Origin: Eledone cirrhosa
Taxonomy: Eukaryota
DNA: 64,000 bases
Direction of reading: 5' to 3'
NCBI GenBank assembly: GCA_964016885.1
Contig: OZ024743.1
Location: 266,166,001 to 266,230,000 of the forward strand
Both the position numbers and the translations under genes were made by a program. Below, piece after piece: positions 59,510 to 64,000 of the stretch (positions are counted from its first letter, which is position 1; each line of letters starts with the position of its first letter). Under the pieces are notes generated by a model. That model did no database searches. It worked only from the letters and a program-made list of their open reading frames with translations, and had not been told where the DNA came from.

Positions 59510-61051
59510 TATATATATATATATATGTTTATATATATATATACATTTATAAATACACCCATACACACGCGCATGCATACACATACACACCCTATTCTTG
59601 CCTAAAACTGGACAATTATATTCTTAACCTCCTACATCCAACTGATGCCGTAAATGTAGAGACATTTTGAAGAATTGCCAATTCTATTTTATTTATTAAA
59701 AATAGTTCTGGTAACAATTTGATGTCTGAAAAGTGGAGAAATTTCGATGAATTGACCACAGCACTGATATGAAATCCTTTTTGTTAAATGTTTTGTCCTG
59801 GTGTGTCTAAAAAATCAAATCAAAAAGACAAAGTAGAGACATGTCTTTGGTAGTCCCAAGTCACATCTATCTTACTAGGCGCCAGCACCACCGGTAGGGC
59901 TCCCAGCTGATGGGTGCCTGGAGAATTTCCCCCGTCCACCCTGCTTTATGTCCGTTCATATATACGTCGTATTGTGAACGCCGATGTTACTATTGTGAAT
60001 GTCTGTTTCATCTGCCTAGACGTCTGTGTAATCTGTGACTATGTCGAAGGCATGTGTGTAACAGTCAGACATATCTCTGTAAGTATCTACAGTTTCTAAC
60101 TTCATCTGTTTAAATGTATAATCTATCTGAATTAATGTCTGATTTTAACATCTTGTCTTAACAGTGTAAATATTTGCAATATCTCCCAGTGTAAGCATTT
60201 GTCTCTCTGATACCGCATGAATCGGTGCTTATATCTATATATTTTATTTGTATTTTAAGCATTTATATAAATAGTTCGCCGATGCATCTAAACCGCTTTC
60301 TAGAATGTATGTGTAAATGCTTGTTGCTTTGTTATGCATGCGTACATACATATAAATGCATGTTATACATATATATATATATTATATATAAATATATATA
60401 TATATATATATACATTTACACACACACATATATACATATATATATATACACACACTTAGATAGACTATATATATATGTATTTATATCTGTGTTTTTGACC
60501 GTTGGTCAGTCAATGATTAACATTGAGGTCCAAATAAATTAACTGCGGAGGTGTAAAAGATACAGAAACGGAAATGAAAACCAACCAAACAGTGAGTGTG
60601 TTCTGTTATTATTTCTGGCAATGTTATTACAACAATATGACCCTCCCCAAGTATAACAATATATATATATATATATAAGCATGTATGTTTCTTTGTTTTT
60701 CTCTGTAAAATGTGTGAAATATCGGGATTGTTCTAAAACCACACTGGCTGGAGGGAAGAGTTAATGTATAAGTGAGAGCGCGAGCGTCAATTGAAGAATG
60801 GTGGCTGGTAGACAAATATAGATATGAAAATTTACGTATACATACATATAGGTATACAAAGAAACTGTCGCAATGGGTGATAGACAAAGGAAGAAGGTTT
60901 CAAATATGATAGTAGACTTGTCTCATTTCGTGGTATGTCCGTAAGAGAAACTACTTGGCTTGGGGTTTGAGAATATGGCAATACACTAGAAACCGCTGAA
61001 CTACGAATTGAGATGGACAGAGCCAGGAAGTGGTGGGAAGAATACAGATAT

Positions 61052-61105
<54 letters not shown>

Positions 61106-61236
61106 AAATCTTAGACAGGAAGAAAACCAGAGAGGCAGTACAAATAGTGGTTTATATATCTATATATATATATCTATATCAAACCAAGAAAGATTCTAAT
61201 ATAAATGTGTACAATTGCCTCCTGCGTTATGTCCGT

Positions 61237-61436
61237 NNNNNNNNNNNNNNNNNNNNNNNNNNNNNNNNNNNNNNNNNNNNNNNNNNNNNNNNNNNNNNNN
61301 NNNNNNNNNNNNNNNNNNNNNNNNNNNNNNNNNNNNNNNNNNNNNNNNNNNNNNNNNNNNNNNNNNNNNNNNNNNNNNNNNNNNNNNNNNNNNNNNNNNN
61401 NNNNNNNNNNNNNNNNNNNNNNNNNNNNNNNNNNNN
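61237..61436. other. Assembly gap (200 N)
   Basis: Run of N. Confidence 1.
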
Positions 61437-61585
61437 ATCAATTTAGTGTTTAGAGCAGATTTAAGAAATAGGGCTAGAAGTAAATTGATACCCTCTGCTT
61501 GCCCCGTAATATATCGCCCGTATACTTGTTTCTTTACCTACATCTTTAGGTAGAAAGAAAAACAAAAAGAAAACGATATATTTAT

Positions 61586-61696
<111 letters not shown>

Positions 61697-61927
61697 CGTG
61701 CGTGTGTGTATTTAGGTATGCATACCAGTCTTCACGATAAAGGGTATATCAATATGTATACACACATTCATGTGTATATATCGTATTTATGTCGGCTATG
61801 TATCATTGTCTGATAAAAATCATACGCACACACACACACATGTGTGTGCATGTATACTTATGTTTAGATCAATTATATACATACATGCATACATATACAT
61901 ACATACACACATACATACATACATACA

Positions 61928-61958
<31 letters not shown>

Positions 61959-61960
61959 GC

Positions 61961-61994
<34 letters not shown>

Positions 61995-61999
<5 letters not shown>

Positions 62000-62898
62000 T
62001 TTTAATATAGATGAGATTCTACAGGACTAGAACTGTTTCATTCTTTAGAAATCATCAGGAATCTGGGTATCAAAAAATAAATATGGTATTTATAGGTCTC
62101 TACAAGTGGTAGGAGAGGGTGGGGAGTGGATGGGTGTAGGTCATTGGTTGATAGAAAAGGAATTCATTAAAAGCTAATTCTACAAAGCTATAGTTTATTT
62201 TTATTAATTGTTGTTTTTAGTAACAAAGGCAGACATAATTCTATAAACAGGTTCCGGATGGCATACCATTCCTTGTCATTAAGTTTCTCTTAAGCTAACA
62301 GATGTCTATAAGATCAGTGGGGGGGGGGGGGGGTCAGTCATGGTAGATAGAATTAAAGGAAAGGGAGATTCTTTAAAAGCTAAATTCATTCAGGTTCTAC
62401 TACAGAATTCTCTAAACCTTTGTCACTTAGTAGAACCTTAATGAATTTAGCTTTTAAAGAATCTCCCTTTCCTTTAATTCTATCTACCATGACTGGACCC
62501 CCCCCCCCCCCACTGATCTTATAGACATCTGTTAGCTTAAGAGAAACTTAATGACAAGGAATGGTATGCCATCCGGAACCTGTTTATAGAATTCTGTCTG
62601 CCTTTGTTACTAAAAACAAAAATTAATAAAAATAAACTATAGCTTTGTAGAATTAGCTTTTAATGAATTCCTTTTCTATCAACCAATGACCTACACCCAT
62701 CCCACTCCCCACCCTCTCCTACCACTTGTAGAGACCTATAAATACCATATTTATTTGTTGATACCCAGATTCCTGATGATTTCTAAAGAATGAAACAGTT
62801 CTAGTCCTGTAGAATCTCATCTATATTAAAACTTATACTCTGCAATGTATTGAGTACCTTACTTACTGTGGTTACCTCCGATTCAACCCGGAATAACG
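61995..62898 (+). mobile_element. Fold-back palindromic HHR element (arms 61995-62402 / 62428-62836; tail 62837-62898) in (TA)n
   Basis: About 408-bp near-perfect inverted arms with a 25-nt spacer. Confidence 0.88.
62767..62817 (+). ncRNA. Type I HHR motif (mirror at 62014-62064, -)
   Basis: agattc-CTGATGA-tttctaaagaat-GAAA-cag ttctagtc ctg-TA-gaatct. Confidence 0.85.
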
Positions 62899-62948
<50 letters not shown>

Positions 62949-64000
62949 GTGTCTTAATATAAGTCAATTAATATCTAGAATGTATCATACAATTTAAGGC
63001 GAGTATCTGACTGGTATTATATCGTAAGAAACCAGAAGCAAAGACGATTGTGCTATTCACCACCTAATTAAGCCGATCGTATTCATTGCGGTATGATAAA
63101 AACATCCCATCCGTGACTAACCCTCTGTTTACTTGGGTCATGCATCCAGAACAATACCCCTATGCTTTGAGTACTCTTTATAGTAGCTCGAGCGACCACA
63201 AAAATAATTTTTCCTCGGCGCGAATCTTGCATATGAAAATTGCATTTTTAAGAAACATAGTTGAATATAATTTCTGTAGCTAGAACACTTTATTCTTTAA
63301 TGGTTCCTAAAATGCCAAGGGCTTGTCCCTTCTCCGTGATGTGGGAGATATAAATACGAAGAAAGTTAGCTTCGTTAATCTGTGCTGAAATGCAATAAAT
63401 TTATTTGTGCCTTGCTAATAAATACTGAGGGAGATTGTTTTTCTCTCTGTTTATCATTTAGATGAGCTCATTGTAACCATTGCTAAACTGTTTCTCGCAA
63501 AGACAATCACGATGTAAATATATTGAATGAGACATACTGACTGGTTCAAGATTTCGAACCAACAAATACTGATTTCGAACACAAACGCGTTATCAACTTC
63601 TAGATAAGAAAATTAAATAATATTCCAAAAGGTTTTTTTCAGATAATAGAGAAATCGTTTCGTATTTGTCATACTCGGATGGGAGGAGGGACAATGCCCA
63701 TAGATTTTGTAAAGGACTTCTTTGTGTACAAGACAAACTTTCTCATTATTAGTCAATGTTCTCGCTGTTGCTTTTAAATTCCGTTTTGAATTGTTGCAGC
63801 TTTGTGGTTGTTATAAAAGCTTCAATTGGTTTAGATGCAGAGAGATTCACAGAATACTAAAATTTGGTAAATAGAAATGTGTGAGGAAATTGTTGTCTAT
63901 GGGATTTGGTTAATTTGTTTGTGGTACATATTAATATCAGCGTTATGTATTTGGTAGTTACTCACCGGCCATAGGCTTATTGCATATAGGTGAGGATAAA

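Overview
AT-rich, microsatellite-saturated animal genomic DNA. The SINE and repeat content resemble a coleoid cephalopod such as Octopus (inference). Almost all ORFs in the supplied track are (TA)n/(CA)n artefacts. The only host gene I can support is three + strand exons (21501-21625, 23151-23303, 26191-26417) encoding a CUB domain, one transmembrane helix and a short cytoplasmic tail. The dominant hidden structure is a dense set of Penelope-like element (PLE) derivatives carrying type I hammerhead ribozyme (HHR) motifs and inserted in (TA)n arrays. By eye I count about 19 motifs with an intact CUGANGA/GAAA/UH core plus about 10 degenerate ones, from several unrelated families. They occur as (i) fold-back palindromes with a one-sided 3' tail, from about 100 bp up to a 3.9 kb palindrome with two GIY-YIG ORF copies, (ii) a 4.6-unit tandem array of about 565 bp with one HHR per unit (retrozyme-like), and (iii) solo 130-170 bp cassettes. 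Also present are a C-rich PLE RT fragment, Tx1-like and R4/Dong-like LINE relics, tRNA-derived SINEs, hAT- and piggyBac-like MITEs and a 200-N assembly gap. All folds and alignments were done by eye; no activity or database match has been tested.
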